A stretch of DNA of 64,000 bases, taken from contig CAWCMR010000013.1 of NCBI GenBank assembly GCA_963796685.1, positions 96,001-160,000 on the forward strand, in the 5' to 3' direction. This stretch comes from an uncultured delta proteobacterium. Lineage in GTDB: Bacteria > Myxococcota_A > Polyangia > Fen-1088. Each line of letters opens with the position of its first letter. Within the stretch, counting starts at the first letter, position 1. The notes beneath the pieces were generated by a model. That model had not been told where the DNA came from. It saw only the letters and a program-made list of their open reading frames with translations, and did no database searches. A program made the translations under genes and the position numbers. Below, in pieces: positions 27,996 through 37,781 of this stretch.

Positions 27996-29036
27996 TCAGA
28001 ACCAAATGCCGAAGCCGACGGCCATGGTCAGGTACGCTGGCGGAGCCTCGAAGAGCGGGACGGTTGAGCCGCTCTGCGCTACGATTCTTTGCCGCACGAG
28101 TGCAACGCACCCAGACAGATCGGCTCTGGCAAAGAAGCGCTCCTGCCAGAAGTACTGATAGCCGGTCCGCAATCCGGCCGCCCAGGCGAATCGGATTTCG
28201 CGCCTGAGCTGGGCATTGGCATCCGCGTTCCGCCAGTCCAGCCATACCATTTCGAGGGAGCCCTGCGGACCCGCGTAGAGTCTGCCACGCCAGAGAGGCC
28301 ATGCGAGGAGGAGAGCGAGATCGGCTCCCGACCGCACGGCCGTTGCGCTGCCGGCGCCCTTCTCGTACACCCACTTGCAATCCGACGCGATGCCAACCAC
28401 GCCGGCCGAGATGTCTATCCACGGCCGCCCGCCGGCCAGCACGAGCCTGGTCACGGCCGCGCCTCCCGTCAGCTTGAATTCGTTTCCGCCCAGATCGGTC
28501 GCACCGCCGGGTATGCGTCTGCCCGCGGTCACCGACAAGGCGAATCCCGGTGTCACGGGGTTGGGCTCGGGCCGTTTGGGCTTCGCTGGAGGTGGAGGTC
28601 GTGGCGTAGGAGGAGGTGGTGGTGGTGGAGGTGGTGGTGGTGCAGGGGGAGGAGGCGGCTTGCGCTCCGGCAACTTGGGCAGCTCGACCTCCTCGAAATA
28701 GCGATCGACGATGAACGCAACCGTGTCGGCAAGCGCGGCGCAGTCGCGAGTGCGGTCGCCGACTGGCAGGGGCAGCACCCGGTACAGCTTTACCAGTCCC
28801 GCTTTGTCGACGAGGGACAGGCTCGTCTCGCCGGTGGCAAGGGGAGGCGAAAGCACCAGGGTGAGCGGATTGGCGGTCCCGGCCTGGGGACGTGGTGAAA
28901 CCAGTCTGGGTGCGTGGTTTTCGAGCGCGGCCTGGACCTGGGCGGGGGAGGGACAATGGTCCTCTGCACCGGGAGCCACAGTAACCAGGGCTGACTGGAT
29001 GAGACCGACCATGATGAGCGCGTGCACTGGGGTCAT
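27996..29036 (-). CDS. Outer-membrane protein with a Cys-containing N-domain, polyproline linker and C-terminal beta-barrel
   Basis: CPSPAQV...RDCAALAD N-domain; long PPPP linker; amphipathic strands ending GFGIWF. Start is ATG 29036 or GTG 29027. Confidence 0.8.
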   Translation of the reverse strand: MTPVHALIMVGLIQSALVTVAPGAEDHCPSPAQVQAALENHAPRLVSPRPQAGTANPLTLVLSPPLATGETSLSLVDKAGLVKLYRVLPLPVGDRTRDCAALADTVAFIVDRYFEEVELPKLPERKPPPPPAPPPPPPPPPPPTPRPPPPAKPKRPEPNPVTPGFALSVTAGRRIPGGATDLGGNEFKLTGGAAVTRLVLAGGRPWIDISAGVVGIASDCKWVYEKGAGSATAVRSGADLALLLAWPLWRGRLYAGPQGSLEMVWLDWRNADANAQLRREIRFAWAAGLRTGYQYFWQERFFARADLSGCVALVRQRIVAQSGSTVPLFEAPPAYLTMAVGFGIWF

Positions 29037-29082
29037 TGTAGCCGCGCTGGCGCCCGGCGCCCAATAGCGCATGTTTGGGTTT

Positions 29083-29115
29083 CGGTTGACGATCCGGTTG
29101 ACGATTCGGTTGACG
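29083..29115. repeat. Three 12-bp direct repeats CGGTTGACGATY in a divergent promoter region
   Basis: Units start at 29083, 29095 and 29107 (the third is partial). Confidence 0.7.
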
Positions 29116-29146
29116 TGGGCTTGCGACGAGGAAGTAAGATGTGCCC

Positions 29147-30289
29147 ATGAAACGCGGAATGCCCTCCGTTTTGCTGGTTGTCGATGTCTGCCTGGTTTGC
29201 CTGGTCTGCCTGGTCGGCCCCGTTATGGCCGCGCCCAAGCAGCTCAAGCCATCGGGCAAGGTCACTTCCACCGAGGGGCTCCTTCACGACGCCTTCGCGT
29301 TCGACGAGACCGGCAGCAAGCTGGCCACCATCCAGTTCACCGCCAAGGGGGCGGTGCAGCTTCTCGTGGGCCCGCCCGGGGGCAAGCCACGCATCACGGA
29401 CATTTCCAGCTTCACCTCCACCCCGGAGAAGATCCTGGGCTTGTCGGGATACTGGTTCGTGGTGTCGAACGAGGGGCGTCGTCGCGCCGCCATCATCGAC
29501 CCCAGCGGACATATAAGGCGCACCACCCAGTCCTTCGACGACTGTGAGATCTCCATGTCCCCCAAGGCCTTCGTTGCGTTCTCGGAGAGGAACGAACCCG
29601 AGGGAAAGCGCCGCTTCACCATCCAGGCCTACAAGCCCGATGGCGGAACGCTCATGACCACCGACGTGGTGGTTGAAGGTGACGGCAATGTCGTGGGGGC
29701 CGGCGGCGCCACCTTCCTTGGGTTCACCAACAGCCATTTTTCGGCCATGGTCGAACGGCCGGGCGCCTACAACCGCAAGACCGACGTGCGCCAGCCACCC
29801 CAGTTCGCCATCCTGGACGTCAAGAGCAACAAAGTCGGCCCGGGCAAGACTCCGCCCAAGCTCGCCAACTTCCTCGACTACGTCCGCAAGCGTGGGGAGA
29901 AGCCCGAGCTGCCTGCCGTCATCGTGCTGGCCGAGGGTCGGAACGGCTACGAGTTGGTCGGACCCGGCGAGAAGGTGCGCACGCTCAACCTCACCGTGCC
30001 GGTGCAGGATTACGATCCAACGTCGCTGCAACAGCGCTGGGTGGGAAGACGGGTGGTGTTCTCGTTGCTGGCCGACCGACCGGGGCGGAAGCAGAGCGAC
30101 ATGAACGAAGAGAAGCGCTTCGCCCTCGATTTCTTCAGCCTGGATCCCGCCAGCGCCAAGGTGACCGCGATCGGCGAGGTCGGGCTGCCGAACAGGCAAC
30201 CCTATCCATGGTCGGCGGGCGGGAGCAAGATCGCGGTCCAGCGCAAGACCGAGGACGGCAACAAGGAGATTCTCATCTACTCTCGCTGA
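29147..30289 (+). CDS. Secreted hypothetical protein, probably beta-rich or propeller-like
   Basis: Signal-like N-terminus ending VMAA; strong GC3 codon bias; TAAGAT 6 nt before the ATG. Confidence 0.7.
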   Translation: MKRGMPSVLLVVDVCLVCLVCLVGPVMAAPKQLKPSGKVTSTEGLLHDAFAFDETGSKLATIQFTAKGAVQLLVGPPGGKPRITDISSFTSTPEKILGLSGYWFVVSNEGRRRAAIIDPSGHIRRTTQSFDDCEISMSPKAFVAFSERNEPEGKRRFTIQAYKPDGGTLMTTDVVVEGDGNVVGAGGATFLGFTNSHFSAMVERPGAYNRKTDVRQPPQFAILDVKSNKVGPGKTPPKLANFLDYVRKRGEKPELPAVIVLAEGRNGYELVGPGEKVRTLNLTVPVQDYDPTSLQQRWVGRRVVFSLLADRPGRKQSDMNEEKRFALDFFSLDPASAKVTAIGEVGLPNRQPYPWSAGGSKIAVQRKTEDGNKEILIYSR

Positions 30290-31479
30290 CCGGTCTCGCC
30301 GAGCAGGCGCCCGGCCTCGGCGGTCGAGCGCAGCACGCAGTCTTCGATGGCCAAGCCACCGAAGAAGTTGCCGGTGACGTACACGTGCGCTCCGGCGATG
30401 CCCCAATCGATGGCGCGCACGATGTCCGCGTGCCCGAGTCCGGGCGAGGGGAGGGACGTCTCGTGTTCCGCGACGTGGGCAAAGGCCTTGCGGCTTGCGC
30501 CGGTAATGGAGGCGATGCGATCCAGACGCTCGTCGAGAGTGAGGCCGGCTCGAAAATGAAAGGCCAGGGCACGGAAACAATCGTCGGGGACGACGTCGCG
30601 GCTCACCGCCGAGAAGAAGACATCGTCGAAGGGAACCAGGCCGGCCACGCGCGGGAAGGTCAGGTCCTTCTTGGCGAACGTCACGCCGGTCGAGACGATG
30701 GCGGCGGTCGAAACGCGTGCCAGCGCTGCCGCCGCTTCGGGCAAGAGCAGCGAAAGCAGGCGTGCCGCTACATCGGGCGGTAGCGCAAGGATCACGTTGC
30801 GGACGGTGGCGGTGTCGCCATCCGCCAAGGTGATGGCGAAGCCCTGCTCGACGCGGGCCAGGGCGCGCGCCCCTGCGTTCACCCGCAAGGCCACGCGCTC
30901 CTCCGTGGCCAGGCGCTCGACGAGGGTCGACAGGCCGTTCTTCAGCGTGAAGGTGCGGGGAAACTCCTTGCGGCGGGGACGGCGTTTGAACAGCATCTCG
31001 GCCGGGAAATCATCGGCGCGCTGGGAAGGCACGGCCGACAGCAGCGGAGAAAAAACCCGTCTCCAATTGCGCTTGCCCACCAGGCGGCCGTAGTAATCAC
31101 CGACGGTGCGGTCGCCCTTCTTTTCGGTGAAGGCCCGCCATGCCGACAGCAGCAGCTCGCCCAGGGCGAGCTGCGAGGGAATAGAGCGCACCTTGCCCTC
31201 GACAAGCAACCGGTAAGGCGCCTTCCGGCGCTGCTCGATGGTCCCTTCGAGACGCGACGACACCATGATGTCCAGCAACAATCCGTAGGAATTGTAGAGG
31301 GTGTGCGCGCCAAGCTCGTACCAGAAGGACTCCGAGGTCCTGACCGTATGGATGCACCCGCCAGGCTGGGCGCTCTCCTCGAGCACGAGGCAACGCAGAC
31401 CGGCCCGTGCGCACAGGTGTGCGGCGGCAAGCCCGCTGATGCCAGCGCCCAGAACCGCGACGTCGAAGGTGGAGCTCAC
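30277..31479 (-). CDS. FAD-dependent oxidoreductase, protoporphyrinogen/coproporphyrinogen oxidase (HemY)-like
   Basis: VAVLGAGISGL, GGCIHT, ELGAHT, GLSTLVERL, VTGNFFGGLAIEDCV. Confidence 0.8.
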   Translation of the reverse strand: MSSTFDVAVLGAGISGLAAAHLCARAGLRCLVLEESAQPGGCIHTVRTSESFWYELGAHTLYNSYGLLLDIMVSSRLEGTIEQRRKAPYRLLVEGKVRSIPSQLALGELLLSAWRAFTEKKGDRTVGDYYGRLVGKRNWRRVFSPLLSAVPSQRADDFPAEMLFKRRPRRKEFPRTFTLKNGLSTLVERLATEERVALRVNAGARALARVEQGFAITLADGDTATVRNVILALPPDVAARLLSLLLPEAAAALARVSTAAIVSTGVTFAKKDLTFPRVAGLVPFDDVFFSAVSRDVVPDDCFRALAFHFRAGLTLDERLDRIASITGASRKAFAHVAEHETSLPSPGLGHADIVRAIDWGIAGAHVYVTGNFFGGLAIEDCVLRSTAEAGRLLGETGQRE

Positions 31480-31566
31480 GATCGTGGAAGGCTACGTGGT
31501 CGGGCCCTCGTTTGTCCATGGTATGTGGGTGGTGAAGCCAAGCTGCGATGCTATTCTTCGCGGCCA

Positions 31567-33129
31567 GTGAATCCGCACCGAGAAGATGGCGAGCATCCCT
31601 TGCGCGGCGACGCGCAAGGGTCGACGTGGCCGGAGGTGGCCGCGCACTTCTCGTGCGACAAGGACGGCGTCGTCCGCTCTTGGAGCCCGGCCGCCGAACG
31701 GGTGCTGGGGGTTGCCACCGCAGAAGCCGTGGGCACGCCCCTGGCTCGGCTCTTTCCCGGCGACGGGCCGGATTGGGCGCCAGGCGCCTCGGATGCTGCG
31801 AGCGCGTTCGCCCCTGTGGAAACGTGGATCTCGCGCGATGGCGCGGGAGTGGCCAGGGCGCTTCTTCATACCTGCTTGGCTTTGCCGTGCCAAGGCGGAG
31901 AGCGGCTGTTCTTGCACCTGGCGTGGCCCGCGGCAGGACCCGTGGCCGGGTCGGCGACCAAGATGGCCACGGGCTATGAACCCGCCGCTGCCATTGCCAC
32001 GCGCATCGCCCACGATTTCAGCAGTCTGCTTGTCCCCATTCTCGGTAACGCCCTCTTGCTGGAAGAGGAGGCTACGCGCGGCGATCACCTGCTTCACCGC
32101 TTGCAGGGCATCCGCGAGGCAACCGAGGCGGCGCGCGGTTTCGCCCAACGGTTGATGAGCATCGATCCCAGACGCAAATTCGCCCTCGAGGACGCAGACC
32201 CGAGAGCGGTCGTACGGGCTTGCTTGCTCGTGGTGCGCGCCGCATTGCGCGAGGAGATCGTCATCGAGGAGGACCTCGACGCGAAGGTCGACCTCGTGCG
32301 CGTGAACCGCAAACAAATCGAGCAAGCCCTCTTGCAACTCGCGCTCAACGCTCAGGACGCCATGCCCGTCGGAGGCACGCTGGTCGTCTCCCTCGATTTG
32401 GTCGAGAGCACGGGGAGCGAGGTGCCGGCGGGGCGTTGGGTCAGGCTGCGCGTTCGTGACAATGGTCGCGGCATGGAGCCATCGCTGCTCGCACACGTCT
32501 TCGAGCCATTCGTCTCCACCAAGGTCCCAGGGTGTGGTGCCGGCCTCGGCCTGGCGGCGGTGTCGGCCATCGTTCGCCAGCACGGAGGCATCGTCGTCGC
32601 CCAATCGCACCCCGGGCAGGGGGCGACTTTTTCCATCTACTTGCCAAGCGTCGGGTTGCCCGCCACGGAGCTGACGAGCTTGTCTGCCGCCGATTTCGCG
32701 CGCGCGCCCACGCCCCGCGAAGCCGCGGCCCCCGAGGCCACGTTGCTGCTGGTCGAGGATAACGCCATGGTGCGACGATCGGTCGAGAATATCCTGCGGG
32801 GCATGGGGTACGGTGTGCTTGCCGTGGAGAGCGGCCAGCGCTGTCTCGAGGTCGTGCGCGATCCCTCCCGGCCGGTGGATCTTCTGATCACGGATATCGT
32901 CATGCCGGAGATGAGCGGGAAGGAGCTCATCGAGCGCGTGCACGCCCTGCGGCCGGGCCTGCCGGTGTTGTTCATGTCCGGCTACGACCGGTCGACCTTG
33001 GCCACCCGCAAGCAACCCGTGGCGGCCGAGCACTTCCTTCAGAAGCCCTTCGATTCCGAGGATCTGGCCCGGGCGGTACGCAAGGCCATCGGTCGCGCAA
33101 GCGATTCGCCCGATTCCGGCAAGACGTGA
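31567..33129 (+). CDS. Hybrid sensor histidine kinase (PAS-HisKA-HATPase-REC)
   Basis: WSPAAERVLG (PAS), IAHDF, QLALNAQDAM, DNGRGM, FEPF.STK, GLGL; receiver LLVED, LLITDIVMP, MSGY, QKPF. Start approximate. Confidence 0.92.
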   Translation: MNPHREDGEHPLRGDAQGSTWPEVAAHFSCDKDGVVRSWSPAAERVLGVATAEAVGTPLARLFPGDGPDWAPGASDAASAFAPVETWISRDGAGVARALLHTCLALPCQGGERLFLHLAWPAAGPVAGSATKMATGYEPAAAIATRIAHDFSSLLVPILGNALLLEEEATRGDHLLHRLQGIREATEAARGFAQRLMSIDPRRKFALEDADPRAVVRACLLVVRAALREEIVIEEDLDAKVDLVRVNRKQIEQALLQLALNAQDAMPVGGTLVVSLDLVESTGSEVPAGRWVRLRVRDNGRGMEPSLLAHVFEPFVSTKVPGCGAGLGLAAVSAIVRQHGGIVVAQSHPGQGATFSIYLPSVGLPATELTSLSAADFARAPTPREAAAPEATLLLVEDNAMVRRSVENILRGMGYGVLAVESGQRCLEVVRDPSRPVDLLITDIVMPEMSGKELIERVHALRPGLPVLFMSGYDRSTLATRKQPVAAEHFLQKPFDSEDLARAVRKAIGRASDSPDSGKT

Positions 33130-33161
33130 TGGCAGGCGGTCCAGTGAGGCAAGTTTTCCCA

Positions 33162-35411
33162 ATGAAGAAGCTCGCGCGCACGGTCGTTTGGATTCTGGTC
33201 TCGCTCTTCGGGGCAACCGCCTACGCGGTCATCGCCACGCGCCGGGGCGAACCGCTCAATGCCGCCTGGCTGATCGTCGCCGCCCTGTGCACCTACGCCA
33301 TCGGCATTCGCTTCTATTCCAAATGGATCGCGGCCAAGGTGCTGGTGCTCGACGACTTGCGTGCCCCGCCCGCCGAGGTTCACGAAGACGGGCGCGATTT
33401 CGTCAAGACCAACAAGTACGTCCTCTTCGGCCATCACTTCGCCTCGATCAGCGGGCCGGGGCCTCTCGTGGGGCCGGTGCTGGCGGCCCAGTTCGGCTAC
33501 TTGCCCGGCACGCTGTGGATTCTCATCGGTGCGCTCCTCGGCGGCGCCGTGCAGGACTTCGTGATCCTGTTCGCCTCTGTCCGCCGCGACGGCAAGTCCC
33601 TGGCCGAGATGGTGCGCGAAGAGGTCGGCGGGCTGGCCGGCACCATCGCCATGGCGGCCATCCTGGGCATCCTGGTGATCTTGGTCGCCAGTCTCGGCCT
33701 GGTGGTCGACAACGCGCTCGCGGAAAGCCCGTGGGGCCTGGTGACCACGGCCATGACCATGCCGCTCGCCATGCTCATGGGGCTGTACCTGCGCTACGTC
33801 CGCGTGGGCAAGGTCCTGGAGATGACCGGCATCGGGGTGGTGTTCCTGGCCGGCGCGCTTCTGGCCGGCTTCGTCGTGAACTACCATCCCACCCTGGCGC
33901 CCATGTTCACGGTCGGCAAGGAGAAGCTCGCGCTCTGTCTCATCGTCTACGGTTTCGTCGCCAGCGTGTTGCCGGTTTGGCTGTTGCTGGCGCCGCGCGA
34001 CTACCTGGTCACGTTCTTGAAGATCGGCGTGGTCATTCTTCTCGCGGCCGGCATCGTGCTGGTCCTGCCGCCCATCCAGATGCCGTGGCTGACCAACCCG
34101 GAAAGCTTCACGGGCGGCATGCACCCCGTGGTTGCGGGCAGCCTGTTCCCCTTCTGCTTCATCACCATCGCCTGCGGAGCTATCAGTGGTTTCCATTCCC
34201 TGGTGTCGAGCGGGACCACGCCCAAGATGCTGACCCGCGAGCGCACCATTCGACACGTGGGCTACGGCGCCATGTGCCTGGAGAGCTTCGTGGCCATCAT
34301 GGCCCTGATTGCCGCGTGCGTTCTTCCGCCCGGCCTGTATTTCGCGGTGAACGCCCCGGCGGGATTGGTGGGTGGCACGTCCGGCGCGGTCGCCCACGCC
34401 GTATCGGCCTGGGGATTTCCGGTCGGGGCCGACCAGATCGACGCCCTGGCAAGTGCCATCGGCGAAAAGAGCGTGCTGGCGCGTACGGGTGGCGCGCCGA
34501 CGCTGGCCATCGGCATGGCCAGTATCTTCCGCGCCATCATCGGCGGCGATGCGGCGATGAAGGTTTGGTACCACTTCGCCCTCATGTTCGAGGCGCTGTT
34601 CATCCTGACCACCGTGGACGTGGCCACGCGGATCGGCCGGTTTCTGATCCAGGAATTGGGCGGTCGGATCTGGAAGCGCGCCGGCGATACCAAATTCTAT
34701 CCCGCCAACATCGGCGCCAGCCTGCTCTTCGCGGTGGCCTGGGGGTACTTTCTGTACTCCGGTGTCAAGGATCCCCTGGGCGGCGTGAACTCCCTGTGGC
34801 CGCTCTTCGGCATCGCCAACCAACTGCTCGCCTGCGTGGCGCTTTGCCTGGCCACCACCATCTTGATCAAGGCGGGCAAGGCCCGCCTGTCCTGGGTGGT
34901 CCTGGTCCCCTTGCTCGGCCTCGGCACCGTGACGTTTACCGCGGGCATCGAGAAGATCGTGCATTCCAATCCGCGCATCGGTTTCCTGGCCATGGCCGGC
35001 AAGCTGTCGGCCGATCTGGCCGCCGGCAGGGTACCCGCGGCCAAGATCGCGGCGACCAGGGCGCTCATCTTCAACTGTCGTCTCGATGCCGCAGTGGCAG
35101 GCCTTTTCCTCGCGCTCGTGGTGGCTATCCTGGTGGTTTCGGCGCGCGAATGGGCGTTGGTGCTGGCGGGAAGGAAGCCGGCAGCGTTGCGGGAGACCTC
35201 GCCCGTGTGGTTGCCCAGAACGGTCGTCGAATCCGAGCTGCGGCGGCCCTGGTGGCAACTCGGCCCGGCGCTGGTCATCCTGGGCTCGCTCGTGCGCGAG
35301 CTTTCCGGCGAGGCCGCAGCGGCGCGTTCGCATCTCCCGCCCGCTCAGTCCCTGGCCCAAACCCTGGCTGACAAGTACGACAACCCGGATCGCCCGACCC
35401 GATGTTGTTAG
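33162..35411 (+). CDS. cstA: Carbon starvation protein A (peptide/pyruvate transporter) with a C-terminal YbdD/YjiX-like tail
   Basis: GHHFASISGPGPLVGPVLA, LLAPRDYL, ACGAISGFHSL, RTGGAPTLA, WPLFGIANQLLA; ends ...KYDNPDRPTRCC. Confidence 0.95.
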   Translation: MKKLARTVVWILVSLFGATAYAVIATRRGEPLNAAWLIVAALCTYAIGIRFYSKWIAAKVLVLDDLRAPPAEVHEDGRDFVKTNKYVLFGHHFASISGPGPLVGPVLAAQFGYLPGTLWILIGALLGGAVQDFVILFASVRRDGKSLAEMVREEVGGLAGTIAMAAILGILVILVASLGLVVDNALAESPWGLVTTAMTMPLAMLMGLYLRYVRVGKVLEMTGIGVVFLAGALLAGFVVNYHPTLAPMFTVGKEKLALCLIVYGFVASVLPVWLLLAPRDYLVTFLKIGVVILLAAGIVLVLPPIQMPWLTNPESFTGGMHPVVAGSLFPFCFITIACGAISGFHSLVSSGTTPKMLTRERTIRHVGYGAMCLESFVAIMALIAACVLPPGLYFAVNAPAGLVGGTSGAVAHAVSAWGFPVGADQIDALASAIGEKSVLARTGGAPTLAIGMASIFRAIIGGDAAMKVWYHFALMFEALFILTTVDVATRIGRFLIQELGGRIWKRAGDTKFYPANIGASLLFAVAWGYFLYSGVKDPLGGVNSLWPLFGIANQLLACVALCLATTILIKAGKARLSWVVLVPLLGLGTVTFTAGIEKIVHSNPRIGFLAMAGKLSADLAAGRVPAAKIAATRALIFNCRLDAAVAGLFLALVVAILVVSAREWALVLAGRKPAALRETSPVWLPRTVVESELRRPWWQLGPALVILGSLVRELSGEAAAARSHLPPAQSLAQTLADKYDNPDRPTRCC

Positions 35412-36550
35412 TCGCTCCTTAGGACGCAATGTCCGGGCCCGCCGGATGTCGCACACGCTCCGGTTGGCGACTTGCAGTCGCTGTCCCTGTTGCAGGGCGC
35501 GGGCGCGCAGTAGCTCGACGCCGCACCCGCATTGGTAGGGTTGACCAGCTGGTATCCGAGATCTCCCGGTCCCGGAACCACGCAGGTGAGGAGAGGGTCC
35601 TGGGAGCAAGGGAAGTTGGTGCACGGGCGGAGGCAGAGTTTTCTGCCGTCGCCGAGCACGGCGCAATCCGAGCCAGGCGGGCACGAGGCAACCCCACAGG
35701 TCATGGTGCACAGACCGTCTGCGCCCAGATCGGCGCACTGACCGCTGGCGCACAGGTCGTTGCGCAGGTTTCCCTGGTCATCGCGACAAGGACTTCCAAC
35801 GTCGCCCGGAACGCCGGCGAAGCAGCCATGAATCCAGGCGCTACCCAATTTTCCCGGGGGCAGGGTTCGGCAAGTCAGGCCCGCTGCGCAATCTGCCTCC
35901 TTCGCGCATTCGCGCAGGCAGGTTGGCGCTTGCCAATCCGATGCCATCCCGGCAGGGGGCGTGGCGGTAAGAAGCCCCGCGCACACGCCCGTGTCGTCGC
36001 AGATGCCGCTCTGGCACGAAGCCGCGCACAATCCATGCGCCGGGCCGGTGCCGCACGGCGCGGTCGCCGGACACAGGCAGAACAAGCCCTGATCGCACTG
36101 CGCGCTCGCATCGCAAGGATCGCCGATAGCGTTGGGCTGCGCGACGATGAATGCGGCGTGAGTCTTGGTCACCGGGCCCCCACTCGCTCCGGTGGCCACC
36201 ACCCTGACCGGGTATACGCCAGGCGTGGCATAGATGTGGTTTGGCGCGAGGTCATTGGCGAAGGCGTTGTCGCCGAAGTCCCAAATATACTGGGTCACGG
36301 TGGTCGTGGTCAGGGGGACGAAGCGAACCGAGAAGGGTACCTTGCCCGTGCAGCTCGGCGCCTGGACATCGAAGGTGGGACAGTTCTCGACGGAAAAGTC
36401 CACGGCCAGCGAGATCTGCGCGTCGACCACGGGGCCCTCCGCGTCGAGCGAACCCAGCTCGGTCCCTGCGTCGCGCAGGTCAGAGGTGGCCTTGCTGCAG
36501 GCCAGGGCCGCGAAGGTGATAATCAGGACGCGTTTCATCCAGACACGCAT
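35408..36550 (-). CDS. PKD-domain Cys-rich lipoprotein
   Basis: MKRVLIITFAALAC; YIWDFGD..HIYATPGVYPV (PKD); repeated GDPC/GSPC Cys-rich modules. Confidence 0.85.
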   Translation of the reverse strand: MRVWMKRVLIITFAALACSKATSDLRDAGTELGSLDAEGPVVDAQISLAVDFSVENCPTFDVQAPSCTGKVPFSVRFVPLTTTTVTQYIWDFGDNAFANDLAPNHIYATPGVYPVRVVATGASGGPVTKTHAAFIVAQPNAIGDPCDASAQCDQGLFCLCPATAPCGTGPAHGLCAASCQSGICDDTGVCAGLLTATPPAGMASDWQAPTCLRECAKEADCAAGLTCRTLPPGKLGSAWIHGCFAGVPGDVGSPCRDDQGNLRNDLCASGQCADLGADGLCTMTCGVASCPPGSDCAVLGDGRKLCLRPCTNFPCSQDPLLTCVVPGPGDLGYQLVNPTNAGAASSYCAPAPCNRDSDCKSPTGACATSGGPGHCVLRSD

Positions 36551-36551
36551 G

Positions 36552-37748
36552 TTACCCGCTTGCGACGAAGACTTGGCAGATTTCCAGGTAACGCGACTCG
36601 GGCCAGCCGGGTGGGGTGGGAAAGTCGGGCGGCAAGCCACCCATCTCGAGGACAGCTCCATGGCGTCCCGAGAGGCGGATGCCTTCCTCGATGTGGCGGA
36701 GCACGGAAGGCCCGCGACGCGTGTTGGCCGACACCCACAGGATTCCGCCCGACCGAGGCAGTAGCTTGGTGGCCAGGGCCAGCAGCTGCGGGTAGTCGCG
36801 TTTCATGGACCACTGCGAAGCGCGGGCCGCCGACACGGTCGGCGGGTCCAGCATGATCGTGTCATAAAGGCTGCCGCGCTCGACTTCCTTCTGCATGAAG
36901 CGTTTGACGTCGGAGACCTCGAAACGAAACCGCTCATCGTTTGCGGGGAAGCCGGATAGACGAAAGTTTTCGCGCGCCCAGGCCAGCACGCCGGACGAAA
37001 GATCCACGCTGGTCACGCTTGCCGCACCGGCGCGCGCGGCGGCGATGGACAGCGCCCCCGTGTAGGCGAAGGTGTTGAGCACGCGTCGGCCGGTCACGAA
37101 TCGACCCATCTGTCGTCGCTGTTCGCGCATGTCCGGAAACAAGCCGACATTGAGCGCGCCGAGCAGGTGAACCTCGTAGGGCACACCGAGCTCGTGGACC
37201 ACGTACTTTGCCGGTGGTGCTTCGCCCAGAACCTCGTCCTTGTGCGAGCGATCCTGGGGATCCTTGCCGCGCACCTTGATCACCGTGCCTCGCAGGCCTG
37301 GCGTGCATTCTGCCTTCAGCGCTGCCTCGGCCAGAAGGCGTGCGTAGGGCAGAAGCGGCCGGCTGGGCGCGCAGACCACGGCGTATTCGCCGAAGCGGTC
37401 GACGGAGAAACCGGGCAGTCGGTCGCCCTCGGCGTTGACCAGGCGATAGGTCGACTCGTCGGCGAAGCCGAGCGCGTGCCTCAGGCTCAGGCTGCGGTCG
37501 AGACGCTCCGCGAAGAACGCGGCGTCGAAACCACGCACGGCCTCCAAGGCCATGACCTGGATGACCGCATTTTCCGGATCCGCGATGCCGCAGGCGACAA
37601 GCTCGCCGTGAGGATCCATCAGCTTGACCTGCCGACCGGGTTCGCAGGCGCTGGCGCCAGGCAGGCCGCCGAGTGGAAGCACGGGCAAGCCTGCGCGTAG
37701 CCGCGCGTCGACCCCGTCGGGGAGGGTCATTCCGAAGAAACCGGACAC
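36552..37748 (-). CDS. Class I SAM-dependent 23S rRNA methyltransferase (RlmI/RlmK family)
   Basis: YRLVNAEGD.LPG..VDRF, GLFPDMREQR, VLNTFAYTG, SVDLS, LDPPT. Confidence 0.9.
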   Translation of the reverse strand: MSGFFGMTLPDGVDARLRAGLPVLPLGGLPGASACEPGRQVKLMDPHGELVACGIADPENAVIQVMALEAVRGFDAAFFAERLDRSLSLRHALGFADESTYRLVNAEGDRLPGFSVDRFGEYAVVCAPSRPLLPYARLLAEAALKAECTPGLRGTVIKVRGKDPQDRSHKDEVLGEAPPAKYVVHELGVPYEVHLLGALNVGLFPDMREQRRQMGRFVTGRRVLNTFAYTGALSIAAARAGAASVTSVDLSSGVLAWARENFRLSGFPANDERFRFEVSDVKRFMQKEVERGSLYDTIMLDPPTVSAARASQWSMKRDYPQLLALATKLLPRSGGILWVSANTRRGPSVLRHIEEGIRLSGRHGAVLEMGGLPPDFPTPPGWPESRYLEICQVFVASG

Positions 37749-37781
37749 GTCAGCGCTGCCTGAGCACGATCATTTTTCTAG

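Noticed and set aside
35396-35411. Selenocysteine recoding at the CstA RCC tail
   Set aside because: The codons are TGT TGT TAG, with no in-frame UGA.
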